64,000 nt of DNA, taken from contig JBDRML010000001.1 of the NCBI GenBank assembly GCA_043812195.1, positions 1 to 64,000 on the forward strand, in the 5' to 3' direction. Source of the stretch: Candidatus Woesearchaeota archaeon. Lineage in GTDB: Archaea > Nanobdellota > Nanobdellia > SCGC-AAA011-G17 > PNOQ01. Every line of letters starts with the position of its first letter. The first letter of the stretch is position 1. Below the pieces are notes generated by a model. That model did no database searches and was not told where the DNA came from. It was given only the letters and a program-made list of their open reading frames with translations. The position numbers and the translations under genes were made by a program. Positions 20,109-30,183 of the stretch are shown here, piece by piece.

Positions 20109-21395
20109 ATGTTAGACATAAAATTCATTAGAGAAAATGCAGATTTAGTAAAGAAAAATCTTGATAAAAGAAATCAGCCTGAAAAAAAAGAGTTGGTAGA
20201 TACAATTCTAAAGCATGATAAAAAATGGAGATTCCTAAAATTAAAAGCAGACAAATTTAGAAATCAAAGAAATGATTTAACAGCCCAAATCCAAAAATTA
20301 AAAACACAAAATAAAGATGCAGATTCTAAAATAAAATTAGCTAAAGAAATTCCAGAAAAGATAAAGGATACAGAAGCAGAGATGGAAGAATTAAAAAAAG
20401 AAATAAAATCCTACATAAATAGAATTCCTAATATCTTACATGAAAATGTCCCAAAAGGAGATTCAGATAAAGATAACAGACCTTTCAGATTTTATGGAAA
20501 ACAAACTAAACACGATTTTGAATTAAAACCACACGGAGAATATTTAGAAGAATCTGACTTAGCAGACTTTGATCAAGCAGCAAAAGTTGCAGGATCAGGA
20601 TTCTATTATTTAAAAGGAGACTTAGCATTATTAGATATTGCAATACAAAGATACGGAATAGACTTCTTATTAAAAAAAGGATTCACATTAATATCACCAC
20701 CAATCACTCTTAATAAAGCTGCAATAAGCTGCGTAATTAATTTCGAAGATTTCAGAGATGTTATATATAAAATAGAAGGAGAAGATTTATACATTATTCC
20801 AACAGCAGAACACACACTAGTTGTCATGTATAAAAATAAAACTCTAAAAAAAGAAGATCTTCCAATTAAAATATGTGCCCTAACACCTTGCTTCAGAAAA
20901 GAAATTGGAAGCCATGGAGTAGACACAAGAGGATTATTCAGAGTACATCAATTCTATAAAGTAGAACAAGTCGTTTTATCAACAGAAGAAGATTCCTATT
21001 CCCATTTAGAAGAGATGCAGAAAATCTCAGAAGACTTCTTTAAATCACTCAAAATCCCATTTAGAGTAATTGAGATATGTTCAGGAGATTTAGGCCCTAA
21101 AATGTCAAAGCAATACGATATAGAAGCATGGTTTCCAAGACAAAATGATTACAAAGAAGTAACCTCAGCAGGAAATACAACAACATATCAAGCAGCATCA
21201 CTAGGAGCAAAATATATAGATGGAGAAGAAAAAAAATACATTCACATGCTCAATAATACAATGGTCGCCACTTCAAGAACTATAGTTGCTATAATTGAAA
21301 ATTTCCAGAAAAAAGATGGAACAATCACAATTCCAAAACCATTAAGAAGATACATGAACGGCAAAAGGAAAATCATGGGGGTTAAAAATGCCTAA
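20109..21395 (+). CDS. serS: Serine--tRNA ligase
   Basis: MLDIKFIREN, PTAE, CFRKE.G..G.DTRGLFRVHQF, YDIEAW, HMLNNT. Confidence 0.97.
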   Translation: MLDIKFIRENADLVKKNLDKRNQPEKKELVDTILKHDKKWRFLKLKADKFRNQRNDLTAQIQKLKTQNKDADSKIKLAKEIPEKIKDTEAEMEELKKEIKSYINRIPNILHENVPKGDSDKDNRPFRFYGKQTKHDFELKPHGEYLEESDLADFDQAAKVAGSGFYYLKGDLALLDIAIQRYGIDFLLKKGFTLISPPITLNKAAISCVINFEDFRDVIYKIEGEDLYIIPTAEHTLVVMYKNKTLKKEDLPIKICALTPCFRKEIGSHGVDTRGLFRVHQFYKVEQVVLSTEEDSYSHLEEMQKISEDFFKSLKIPFRVIEICSGDLGPKMSKQYDIEAWFPRQNDYKEVTSAGNTTTYQAASLGAKYIDGEEKKYIHMLNNTMVATSRTIVAIIENFQKKDGTITIPKPLRRYMNGKRKIMGVKNA

Positions 21396-21678
21396 AGACG
21401 AAGATACAGATGAATTTGAGGTTGTTAGTGGAAAAGAAAAAGATATCTATAATGAAGATAAAAATGAAGAACTTGAAGAATCAGACGAGATAGATGAAGC
21501 AGAAGAAGGATTCATGAAAGGATACAATGAAGATGTAGATTTAAATAAATGCTCAAATTGTGACAAACTTTTAGATAACGAAGAAGATTTCTTTGAAAGA
21601 GAATTTAAAAATACAACTTACAGATTCTGTTCACAAAGTTGCGCTGATCAATTCGAATCAAGACAGAAAAAAATTTAA
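21388..21678 (+). CDS. Acidic protein with TRASH/YHS-like Zn motif
   Basis: CSNC...YRFCSQSC. Confidence 0.65.
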   Translation: MPKDEDTDEFEVVSGKEKDIYNEDKNEELEESDEIDEAEEGFMKGYNEDVDLNKCSNCDKLLDNEEDFFEREFKNTTYRFCSQSCADQFESRQKKI

Positions 21679-22398
21679 TCATTTCTTCCCACGAATATAA
21701 TCTTCATATTTTTCCCATTTTTTTACAAATTGAAGATAATTTTTATTCCAACGTTTATTTTTCTCACTTTTTGAAAAAATAGCATCACCAGTAATACTCC
21801 CTTCATGGAATACAAACACCTTCGGTTGAACATAGACTGCATAATTTTTAGAATATAATGTATAAAGCATATCTAAATCTTCAGCAGAAGCCTGTTTATA
21901 ATCTTCACAATAACCACCAACATCTTTCAGCACTTTTCTTGTAAATAAATTAAACTCACCCCAAACACCCTGTCTCCAACGAGGTATTTTAAAAGGTTTA
22001 CTAAGACTTTTTATTCTCCCAATTTTAAAGTTATATCTTAATACACTTCCATTAGTTAAGGGATAAACCATTCCAACATTCTTCTTTTTCTCAAAAACTT
22101 CTTTCATAGGCTGAAACCAATTTGGAGGCACAACAGTATCATTATTTGCAATAAGAACATATTTTCCTTTAGAAAGTTCTATTCCTTTGTTCCACGCTTT
22201 AGAAAGATCAGTGATTTTTTCAAAACGATAATAAACATCTGAATTTTCTTTTAAGTACTTTATAGTTTTTTTATCTTTACTACCATTATCAATAATAATT
22301 AATTCATAATTCTCTTTAGTATTATCTCTAATACTTGATACAAATCTTTGAGTTCTAGATAGCTGATCAATAACCACAGCAACGATTGAAAGTTCCAT
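21679..22398 (-). CDS. Glycosyltransferase family 2
   Basis: ELIIIDNGS, AWNKGI, ANNDT, EDLD, VFHEGS. Confidence 0.9.
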   Translation of the reverse strand: MELSIVAVVIDQLSRTQRFVSSIRDNTKENYELIIIDNGSKDKKTIKYLKENSDVYYRFEKITDLSKAWNKGIELSKGKYVLIANNDTVVPPNWFQPMKEVFEKKKNVGMVYPLTNGSVLRYNFKIGRIKSLSKPFKIPRWRQGVWGEFNLFTRKVLKDVGGYCEDYKQASAEDLDMLYTLYSKNYAVYVQPKVFVFHEGSITGDAIFSKSEKNKRWNKNYLQFVKKWEKYEDYIRGKK

Positions 22399-22499
22399 AA
22401 ATTTTATTTAAATTAGCCATATATAAATTTTTACATAGCTCTAAATCCAATTCTCTTCGACCCAAAGCTTTTTAAAAGCACCTTTAGAGCACTAAGTGC

Positions 22500-24560
22500 A
22501 TGGTAGAGTTAATAATCTGCGAAAAACCTGCACAGTCAGCAAAGATAGCTGAAGCTCTAGCAGATACTAAACCAATCAAAAAAGAAAGAAATAAAGTTCC
22601 TTATTATGAATTAACACATAAAAAGAACAAAATCTTAATTGGATGTGCAGTTGGCCATCTATATAACTTAGCCAAAATCAAAAATGGACCATATCCAAAT
22701 TTTAATATTGATTGGAAACCAAAATATGAAATGGATAAAAAATCAGCCTACATTCAAAAATACGCAATAATTCTAAAAGAACTAGCTAAAAGAGCAGATA
22801 AATTCACAGTAGCTACAGACTATGACACAGAAGGTTCTGTTATAGGTCACAATGTTGTCAAATTTATTTGCAATCAAAAAGACGCTAGTAGAATGAAATT
22901 CTCAACTTTAACAAAAGACGAATTAATTGAATCATATGAACATAAAAATAAACACTTAAACTTTGGAATGATTAATGCAGGAGAAACAAGACATCACCTA
23001 GATTGGTATTATGGTATCAATACATCAGCAGCACTAACAAATTCAATAAAAGCAGCTAATGGCGGATATAAACAAATGTCATCTGGAAGAGTTCAAGGGC
23101 CCACTTTAAAATTAATAGTAAAAAGAGAAGAAGAGATATCGGCATTCAAACCAGAAACATACTGGGAAATATTCTTACAAGGAATTTTAAATTCAAAACC
23201 AATTAAAGCTAAACACCAAAAAGACAGATTCACAAAAAAAGAAGATATTACAAAAATATTAACCAAAACAAAAAACAAAAAAGCAATAGTAGAAAAAGTA
23301 ACCAAAAAAGAAGTTAAAGTTGAACCACCAGTTCCTTTTGATTTAACTACATTACAAATAGAAGCATACAGAACACTAAGAGTCTCACCTAAAGAAACAT
23401 CTAACTTAGCTCAAGACCTTTATACTTCAGGATTAATTTCATATCCAAGAACAAGTTCTCAAAAATTACCAGACTCAATAGGCTATGACAAAATCTTTAA
23501 AAAATTATCAAAACAAAAAACATACACAAAATTATGTGAAACTTTAATTGGCAAAAAACTAAAACCAAAAGAAGGTAAAAAAATAGATCCTGCCCATCCA
23601 GCTATTTATCCAACAGGAGAAGCTAGTGCTATCACAGGAAAGAAAGCAAGATTATATGATTTAATAGTAAGAAGATTCTTGTCTGTGTTTGGAGAATTCG
23701 CAGTAAAAGAATTAACACATATTCAAATAGATGTTAACACAGAAAAATTTGTCTTATCTGGTTCAAGAGTATTAAAGCCTGGTTGGCAAACTTATTATGG
23801 AGTCTATGCAGAACATAAAGAAGAAGATCTTCCAGAAACTAAAAAAGATGATGAAGTTAAAAAACCTAAAGTTTCATCAGAAGAAAAAGAAACCCAACCA
23901 CCAAAAAGATACACAGAAGCTTCTATAATCAGATTAATGGAATCTAAAGGATTAGGAACTAAATCTACAAGAGCATCAATAGTAGATAAATTATCTGAAA
24001 TAGGATACATAAAATTAAAACCAATCAAAGCCACAGAACTAGGAATTAAAATCATAAAAACTTTAGAAAAATATGTTCCAGAAATCATAGATGAAAAATT
24101 AACAAAACAATTAGAAAAAGACATGGAATTAATTAGAGAACATAAGAAAAAAGAAGAAACAGTATTAGATAATGCTAAAAAATTCTTGACTAAAGTTTTC
24201 AAAACTTTCAAACAACATGAAGTAAAAATCGGAGAAGAATTATTAGAAGCAGCTAAAGATCAAAACGTAGTTGGAACATGTCCAAAATGTAAAAAAGGAA
24301 GTTTGAGAATATTATATTCAAAGAAAACAAGAAAAAGATTTTGCTCATGTGATCGTTATCCTAAATGTAAAAATATATATGGAATACCTCAAAACGGGCT
24401 AGTTAAACCAATGGAATTTGTTTGTAAAGAATGCGGATATCCTCAAGTTCTAGTTATTAGAGCAGGAAAAAGACCTTGGCAATTATGTTTAAGTCCAACT
24501 TGTAAAACAAAAGACTTCATGAAAAATAAAAATTGGAAAAAATCAAGTAAGTCTCCATAA
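22500..24560 (+). CDS. topA: DNA topoisomerase IA
   Basis: ICEKP, ATDYDTEG, SSGRVQ, ISYPRT (catalytic Y), AHPAIYPT, GLGTKSTR, C-terminal zinc ribbons. Confidence 0.97.
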   Translation: MVELIICEKPAQSAKIAEALADTKPIKKERNKVPYYELTHKKNKILIGCAVGHLYNLAKIKNGPYPNFNIDWKPKYEMDKKSAYIQKYAIILKELAKRADKFTVATDYDTEGSVIGHNVVKFICNQKDASRMKFSTLTKDELIESYEHKNKHLNFGMINAGETRHHLDWYYGINTSAALTNSIKAANGGYKQMSSGRVQGPTLKLIVKREEEISAFKPETYWEIFLQGILNSKPIKAKHQKDRFTKKEDITKILTKTKNKKAIVEKVTKKEVKVEPPVPFDLTTLQIEAYRTLRVSPKETSNLAQDLYTSGLISYPRTSSQKLPDSIGYDKIFKKLSKQKTYTKLCETLIGKKLKPKEGKKIDPAHPAIYPTGEASAITGKKARLYDLIVRRFLSVFGEFAVKELTHIQIDVNTEKFVLSGSRVLKPGWQTYYGVYAEHKEEDLPETKKDDEVKKPKVSSEEKETQPPKRYTEASIIRLMESKGLGTKSTRASIVDKLSEIGYIKLKPIKATELGIKIIKTLEKYVPEIIDEKLTKQLEKDMELIREHKKKEETVLDNAKKFLTKVFKTFKQHEVKIGEELLEAAKDQNVVGTCPKCKKGSLRILYSKKTRKRFCSCDRYPKCKNIYGIPQNGLVKPMEFVCKECGYPQVLVIRAGKRPWQLCLSPTCKTKDFMKNKNWKKSSKSP

Positions 24561-25694
24561 ATGAGCACCACCCTTTCCATTACCAACAATTTTAAAATTC
24601 CTAACTTTGCCAAGAGAATTCAAATAAACTAATCTTTTCCACAATAAATTAGATCTAACTTTCAATTCTTTTGATAATTCAACAAGATTGAGATTAGAAA
24701 CCCCTAAATTGCTCAATATCTCTTCATTTAAATTTTTAAACGATTTTCTAGAATTGGCTAGTTCAATACCTAGTTCAAGTCTTTCTTGTTTTTCCTTTAT
24801 TGGAATCTTTTCAATTTTCATGAAATCTTCGTAGATCTTCTCAAAACTTTCAGAGTAAGTTTCCAAATAGTAAGTTCTATTACTTTTTCTAATTTTTCCA
24901 GTCTTATAGGATAAATTATTACAAATTTGCTTTAAATCATTAAGTAAATCTTTATTTCCAGAACTAAAAGATAATTTTCTATCTCTCACAGAGCCTTCAT
25001 CTATAAAAAAAGCCCTGACAAAAGCTACTAAAAGTATTTGTTTTCCTTGAAAAAATTCGTTTGGAATTCTACTTTTATTCCATGTAAAATCTATTCTAAA
25101 TCTATTAATCAGGATCTTAGCAATTGATTTAGGAAAAGAATATCTATACATAAAATATTTTCTATCTTTATGCCAAATTTTACTCAAATCTTTTTTTGAA
25201 ATATCACCAAAACACCTAAATCTATCTATAAATTCTTCAACAGCTTCTTTGCTACTATTATCATACTTGCAAGTTCTATATTTGACGTTCTGAGCAGTAC
25301 CATCTCCTAGCAAATGTGCAAAAATTGCCCTCAAATCAATGGAATCTTTTATGGGCAAAATTGGGTTATCAACTCTGAGGAAGCCATGTATTGCTTTATA
25401 AGATTTAATATTATGGTTTATATCTTCATAATTAATATCCCATAATTCAGAATGTTTAGAATAATCAAAAATCTCTTTTATGTGTTTAACAGAACAGAAT
25501 TGAGGTAACCCACAGGACTTTCCTCTTCTCCAAGAAAGCATTGTAGGATTTGCTACTCCAATTTTTTTGGCAAGATGCCTATAACTTCTATTAATCTTCC
25601 AAGCAGTTTTAAAAAATTTAGCTCTGAAGCCATCCTTCAATAAAATAAAGACATCATCAGGAAAGTCTTTTAAACCAATAGATATTTCTTTCAT
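24543..25694 (-). CDS. Free-standing LAGLIDADG homing-endonuclease-like protein with HTH segments
   Basis: FAHLLGDG and FVRAFFIDEGS motifs; no intein splicing residues at termini. Confidence 0.8.
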   Translation of the reverse strand: MKEISIGLKDFPDDVFILLKDGFRAKFFKTAWKINRSYRHLAKKIGVANPTMLSWRRGKSCGLPQFCSVKHIKEIFDYSKHSELWDINYEDINHNIKSYKAIHGFLRVDNPILPIKDSIDLRAIFAHLLGDGTAQNVKYRTCKYDNSSKEAVEEFIDRFRCFGDISKKDLSKIWHKDRKYFMYRYSFPKSIAKILINRFRIDFTWNKSRIPNEFFQGKQILLVAFVRAFFIDEGSVRDRKLSFSSGNKDLLNDLKQICNNLSYKTGKIRKSNRTYYLETYSESFEKIYEDFMKIEKIPIKEKQERLELGIELANSRKSFKNLNEEILSNLGVSNLNLVELSKELKVRSNLLWKRLVYLNSLGKVRNFKIVGNGKGGAHLWRLT

Positions 25695-25768
25695 ATAACT
25701 TATATTAATTTTTATTTATAAATCACTTTCGCTGGTGGTTGTCGACCTTGTCAACCTGTAGTATAAAA

Positions 25769-26368
25769 TTATCCAAAAACTAAACCAGAATCTTCAATCT
25801 TAAACTTCAAAATCTTCTCTTCAGGCTTTAAAATAACAGCTTTCCTAGGTTCCTTTTTTAATTCAACTAAAAACTTAGCAAAACCCAAAACCATCTTTCC
25901 ACCTAAATATTTTTGCTCACCTTCCATATTAGAATAAACTTGATTAGTCATAATAATAGGAATATCAAGATCTTCTGCAACATGTGTTAATTTCCTTAAA
26001 TTAAGCAAAAGTCTTTTATTAACCTCTCCATAATCTCCATCCTGCAAAGCCTTTCTATACTGCATTCCTATTGTATCTATAATAATCAAACCAAAATCAC
26101 CATTCTTAGTTATTTCTTCAATATTATTCAGAAAATTAACCTGCTCATCAAAATTCTTAGCTCTATAAACTAAAATATTAGCCAATTCTTTTTCAAAATC
26201 AGGTTTCATTTGCTTTAATCTATCTGTTGAAAACCCCCCTTCTGTATCTACAAATAAAACTTTTTTATTTTCTGCTGCCTTTAATGATAACTGCATACAT
26301 AGAGTTGTCTTTCCAGTAGCTGCAGGGCCGAATATCATACTTATTTTTTTCTTTGGAAAATCTAGCAT
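25769..26368 (-). CDS. radB: DNA repair and recombination protein RadB
   Basis: GPAATGKT, FVDTEGGFS.DR, IIIDT, MTNQVY; short RecA-family core without RadA N-domain. Confidence 0.85.
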   Translation of the reverse strand: MLDFPKKKISMIFGPAATGKTTLCMQLSLKAAENKKVLFVDTEGGFSTDRLKQMKPDFEKELANILVYRAKNFDEQVNFLNNIEEITKNGDFGLIIIDTIGMQYRKALQDGDYGEVNKRLLLNLRKLTHVAEDLDIPIIMTNQVYSNMEGEQKYLGGKMVLGFAKFLVELKKEPRKAVILKPEEKILKFKIEDSGLVFG

Positions 26369-26410
26369 TAGTATTGGATATAAGTTTAGAATTAAAAATG
26401 TTTGTAATGT

Positions 26411-26433
26411 AGCGAGAGGTGTCTCGCACTCTT
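26411..26433 (+). repeat. Hairpin element copy 1
   Basis: agcgagaggtgtctcgcactctt. Confidence 0.9.
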
Positions 26434-26490
26434 ATTTAACAAGTTTTTTAAATTTCATTTTTTTACTTAAAAAAGGTAATACTTTAGAAA

Positions 26491-27957
26491 ATGAACAGAA
26501 TATCAAAAAAAAGCAAAATAACTCTTGTAGAGTTAGCTCCAACTCAATATGGAGTTTTAAATGGAGAACCCTCTTTTGATGTTTCTAGTCTAACTAGTTT
26601 TCCTGCTAGGGCTATACATCATTTAGAAGCAATTTTAACAGAAGCAGGATATGAAGATGTTCAATCAATAAATCAAAAGTGTCATGGAAGAGATGGGAGA
26701 TTAAGTGTAGACAATCAAAAAAGAATATACAGCTCAGACATCCTATTAACATCTTCAATAACAAGAACATCCCCTCAATCAATTATGCTAGGAAGAACCT
26801 ACAAATCTCTCAATCCAAATGGAATAGTAATAGCAGGTGGTCAAGATCCAACATTTAGATATAAAGAATGGCTAGATCAAATAGGGGCAGATATCATTGT
26901 GGTTGGTGAAGGCGAAAAAACTCTTGAATTATTAATGGAAAGATTAGAAAAACAACCAGATTATTTAGATGATATAGATGGTATAGCATTTAGAAATGGA
27001 GACACAATAAAAGTTACAAATACAAGAAAACGTTTAACATCAGAAGAGTTAGGTCAACTCCCACATCCCTGTTATGATGAAATTACAAGAAAATTAACTA
27101 CACCCGCCATTGAGACTAGCAGGGGATGCCCATGGGGCTGCGATTTTTGTAGCGAAACGGAATTTAATGGAGGAAAATATAGAACAAAACCAAATAAATA
27201 CACACTCAAAGACATGGTAACAGCAAAATCCTGGAAAAAACCACCATTTTATGTAGACAATAATTTTGCAGCCTCTCAAAAAAGAACAATGGATTTATGC
27301 AACCAAATTTATGAAGCAGGTCTAAGTATCCCAAAAAGTTCTGTGCAAGTTACAGTAAAAGCAGCCCAAAATCCAGAACTGTTAAAATCATTAAAAAGAG
27401 CAGGCATAAATTTAGTAAATATAGGAATAGAATCAATTATAGATGAAAGTTTAAAAGATCTTGGGAAATCATTTAATGCAGAACAGAACAAAGAAGCAGT
27501 TAAAATATTCAAAGAAGCAGGTTTTTGGGTTCATGGAATGATGATGCCAGGCGGTGAAGGAGATACAATTGAAACATTAAAAGAAACTTCAGAATGGATA
27601 AATAAAAACTTAGATAGTGTACAACTATTTCCTCCAATACCTGGACCAGGAACAAGACTAAGGAAAAGAATGGAATCAGAAGGAAGAATTCTTTCAGATG
27701 ATTGGTCTTTATATGATGGGCAGCATGTTTTAATAAGACCAAAACACATCACACCATACAAACTCCAAACCACAGTATTTGATATGTACAAATCATTTTA
27801 TACATTTAAAAATAATTTAAGAAGATTAAGAAATTCTCCACAAAGAAATTTTTCTTGGCAAATACTTCTATACACTAATCTCTTAAATGGTATAACAAAA
27901 GTTACAAATGCACCACAAACAAGAGATCATTTAGAATTTTTAAAATCTATCAATTGA
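26491..27957 (+). CDS. B12-binding domain radical SAM protein
   Basis: IAGGQDPT, VVGEGE, TSRGCPWGCDFC, GIES. Confidence 0.9.
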   Translation: MNRISKKSKITLVELAPTQYGVLNGEPSFDVSSLTSFPARAIHHLEAILTEAGYEDVQSINQKCHGRDGRLSVDNQKRIYSSDILLTSSITRTSPQSIMLGRTYKSLNPNGIVIAGGQDPTFRYKEWLDQIGADIIVVGEGEKTLELLMERLEKQPDYLDDIDGIAFRNGDTIKVTNTRKRLTSEELGQLPHPCYDEITRKLTTPAIETSRGCPWGCDFCSETEFNGGKYRTKPNKYTLKDMVTAKSWKKPPFYVDNNFAASQKRTMDLCNQIYEAGLSIPKSSVQVTVKAAQNPELLKSLKRAGINLVNIGIESIIDESLKDLGKSFNAEQNKEAVKIFKEAGFWVHGMMMPGGEGDTIETLKETSEWINKNLDSVQLFPPIPGPGTRLRKRMESEGRILSDDWSLYDGQHVLIRPKHITPYKLQTTVFDMYKSFYTFKNNLRRLRNSPQRNFSWQILLYTNLLNGITKVTNAPQTRDHLEFLKSIN

Positions 27958-27965
27958 TTTTATTT

Positions 27966-27988
27966 AGCGAGAAGTTTCTCGCGCTCTC
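27966..27988 (+). repeat. Hairpin element copy 2
   Basis: agcgagaagtttctcgcgctctc. Confidence 0.92.
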
Positions 27989-28029
27989 CCCTTAGGAAGT
28001 TTTATATATAAAATTATTTAAATAAAAAT

Positions 28030-29022
28030 ATGAAAAAAGTAGCCATATTACTGATTATATGCATCTTAATGGTTTCTCCAATTGTTCACGCTCAAACCTA
28101 TTCTAATTTCGAAGGCTTTGTAGATAATGTAAAGCTGTTCTTTGCCTCTGGAGATAAAAAAGTAAGTCTTTCTTCAGAAATAAGGGAGAAAGAAGTTAAT
28201 TCTGCAATTGAAAGCACAAAAAAAGGAGATATTAATAAAGCTAACCAAAATCTTGAAAGAGCAAGAGAAAAACTCCAATTTATACAAGAAAAAGTTTCTT
28301 TAAATACTGCTGATGAAATAAAAGAGAGTGTTAATAATGTTGTAGAAAATATAGTAGTAGAAGAAAATCTTCCAAACACTTTTGATGTGTATGTTATGGA
28401 AGAGCAAAAAACACAATTAATCGCAGAACTTGTTATAGTGGTTGAAGGTAAAGAAGGGCAAGATAAAGTAAGAGTAGTAGAGGGAGCATTAGGAGAAATT
28501 AATAATGAGATCAAAGGTTGGGTAGTTGAAAACACTGTTGCAGAAGGTGAAAATTCTATGGATAATGGTTTAACCTGGGAAATAAAAACAGATATAGATT
28601 CTGGGAATTACGGTGGAGATGATGGTTTAACCACTATAGTAAAAGAATATATTGAAGGAGATGGAACATTAAAAATTGAAGATGTTAAAAAAGTTATTGA
28701 AAAAGGAAAAAATCAGATTGATAGTGCACCTATGACAAAAGACAATGAAGACGTAACCCCTGCTCCAAATATAGTTGATGATGATATGTGTGAAGAAGGA
28801 GAAGAAAATTGTAATAATGATGACATGGCTCCAGGACCACAAGGAATTGTAGGACAAGTTGATGATAGTAATTCAAATGAAGAAAATTCTGAAAATTCTG
28901 GTAGTGAAAATAATGATGGAGAAGATTCTGGAGGAGATAGCGGAGAAGAGATAACAGGAGAGATAGTAAGAACTCAAAAAACAAGTTTTTTAGAACAAAT
29001 TTTCAATTTCTTTTTTAGTTAA
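28030..29022 (+). CDS. Secreted acidic protein
   Basis: Signal peptide; E/D/N/S-rich C-terminal half. Confidence 0.7.
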   Translation: MKKVAILLIICILMVSPIVHAQTYSNFEGFVDNVKLFFASGDKKVSLSSEIREKEVNSAIESTKKGDINKANQNLERAREKLQFIQEKVSLNTADEIKESVNNVVENIVVEENLPNTFDVYVMEEQKTQLIAELVIVVEGKEGQDKVRVVEGALGEINNEIKGWVVENTVAEGENSMDNGLTWEIKTDIDSGNYGGDDGLTTIVKEYIEGDGTLKIEDVKKVIEKGKNQIDSAPMTKDNEDVTPAPNIVDDDMCEEGEENCNNDDMAPGPQGIVGQVDDSNSNEENSENSGSENNDGEDSGGDSGEEITGEIVRTQKTSFLEQIFNFFFS

Positions 29023-29053
29023 GTTTAAAAACAAGTAATTCTAAAATTAATTC

Positions 29054-30052
29054 ATGAAAAAAAGTGTGATATTAATTATTCTATCAATTTTAATTAGTGG
29101 TTGTGCCACAGAAGAACCAAGAGAAACTGAGATTTTCTGCCCAGATTATGATGGAGATGAAGAAGTATGTTTGTCTCACTCAGAATGTGAATGGGATACA
29201 GAAGAAAACAATTGTGATTCAATTGGAAACATAAATGAAAATGATGAAAATGAAAATGATAATGATGAAAATGATGATGGGGGAATTAATCAAGAATTAG
29301 AAAATATTGTTGTTCCAGATAATCCTTCAAATACTCTCTGCAAAAAAATACCTTTTTCAGATGGACTAACTTATAGTTCAAGATATCATTGTCTTGCTCT
29401 TGTAAATAATGATGAAAAATTTTGTGAAGGGGTTGATACAACAAATGATAAATATATTTGTTTAGCTCATGCAAATGCAGATTCTTCTTATTGTGAAAAA
29501 ATTGAAGATCAGGATGCAAACCATGTTGGTGATGATGCAAACCATGTTTGTTATTTTATGCTCGCTGTATCAAGTGAAAATGCTGATTTTTGTAATGACA
29601 TTGATTATTTAGATACAGCACAAGAAAACAAAGAGGAAAAAGAAAAATGTTATTTTAGTTTTATGAGTAATTTATATCAGTGGGACAAATCTGATGAAAT
29701 AACTACAGAAATTTGTGGTCATCTGGAAGATGAGATGGAAAAAACTTGTCTTGCATTAAAAGCAAGAGATATTTCTATGTGTGAAAGTAATCCTAACTGT
29801 TTGAGTTTTTTTGAACAGCCATTATCTTTTTGCGATGAACGTCCAGATTTTGTTTCTTGTATGAAAGATAGAGCAAAAACAGATAAGAATGTTTCAATCT
29901 GTGAACTGCTTTCTCAACCAGATAGGGATGTTTGTGTTGGGGTTTATTGTACCCATACAGAGCTTAATGCAAACATTTGTGATACAATTGAAAATGTTCA
30001 AAAAAGGCAAGAATTTTATGTAGAACTTGCAATGAATTTAGCTAATAAATAA
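29054..30052 (+). CDS. Cys-repeat lipoprotein
   Basis: Lipobox ISGC; repeated C..I.....C units. Confidence 0.75.
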   Translation: MKKSVILIILSILISGCATEEPRETEIFCPDYDGDEEVCLSHSECEWDTEENNCDSIGNINENDENENDNDENDDGGINQELENIVVPDNPSNTLCKKIPFSDGLTYSSRYHCLALVNNDEKFCEGVDTTNDKYICLAHANADSSYCEKIEDQDANHVGDDANHVCYFMLAVSSENADFCNDIDYLDTAQENKEEKEKCYFSFMSNLYQWDKSDEITTEICGHLEDEMEKTCLALKARDISMCESNPNCLSFFEQPLSFCDERPDFVSCMKDRAKTDKNVSICELLSQPDRDVCVGVYCTHTELNANICDTIENVQKRQEFYVELAMNLANK

Positions 30053-30183
30053 AAATTCCTCCAGACATCATTTCTGGAATAATTAAAAATTGGCATATAA
30101 ATTTGGAAAAGAAAATTTTCTAAAAGAGGGTTAGATATTATTTTCCAAAAAATACTTAAAACATAGACAATTCCTATTAAAAC

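Noticed and set aside
26373-26400. ATTGGATATAA resembles a left arm of an archaeal dif site
   Set aside because: No matching right arm after 6 bp; it lies in the radB promoter region
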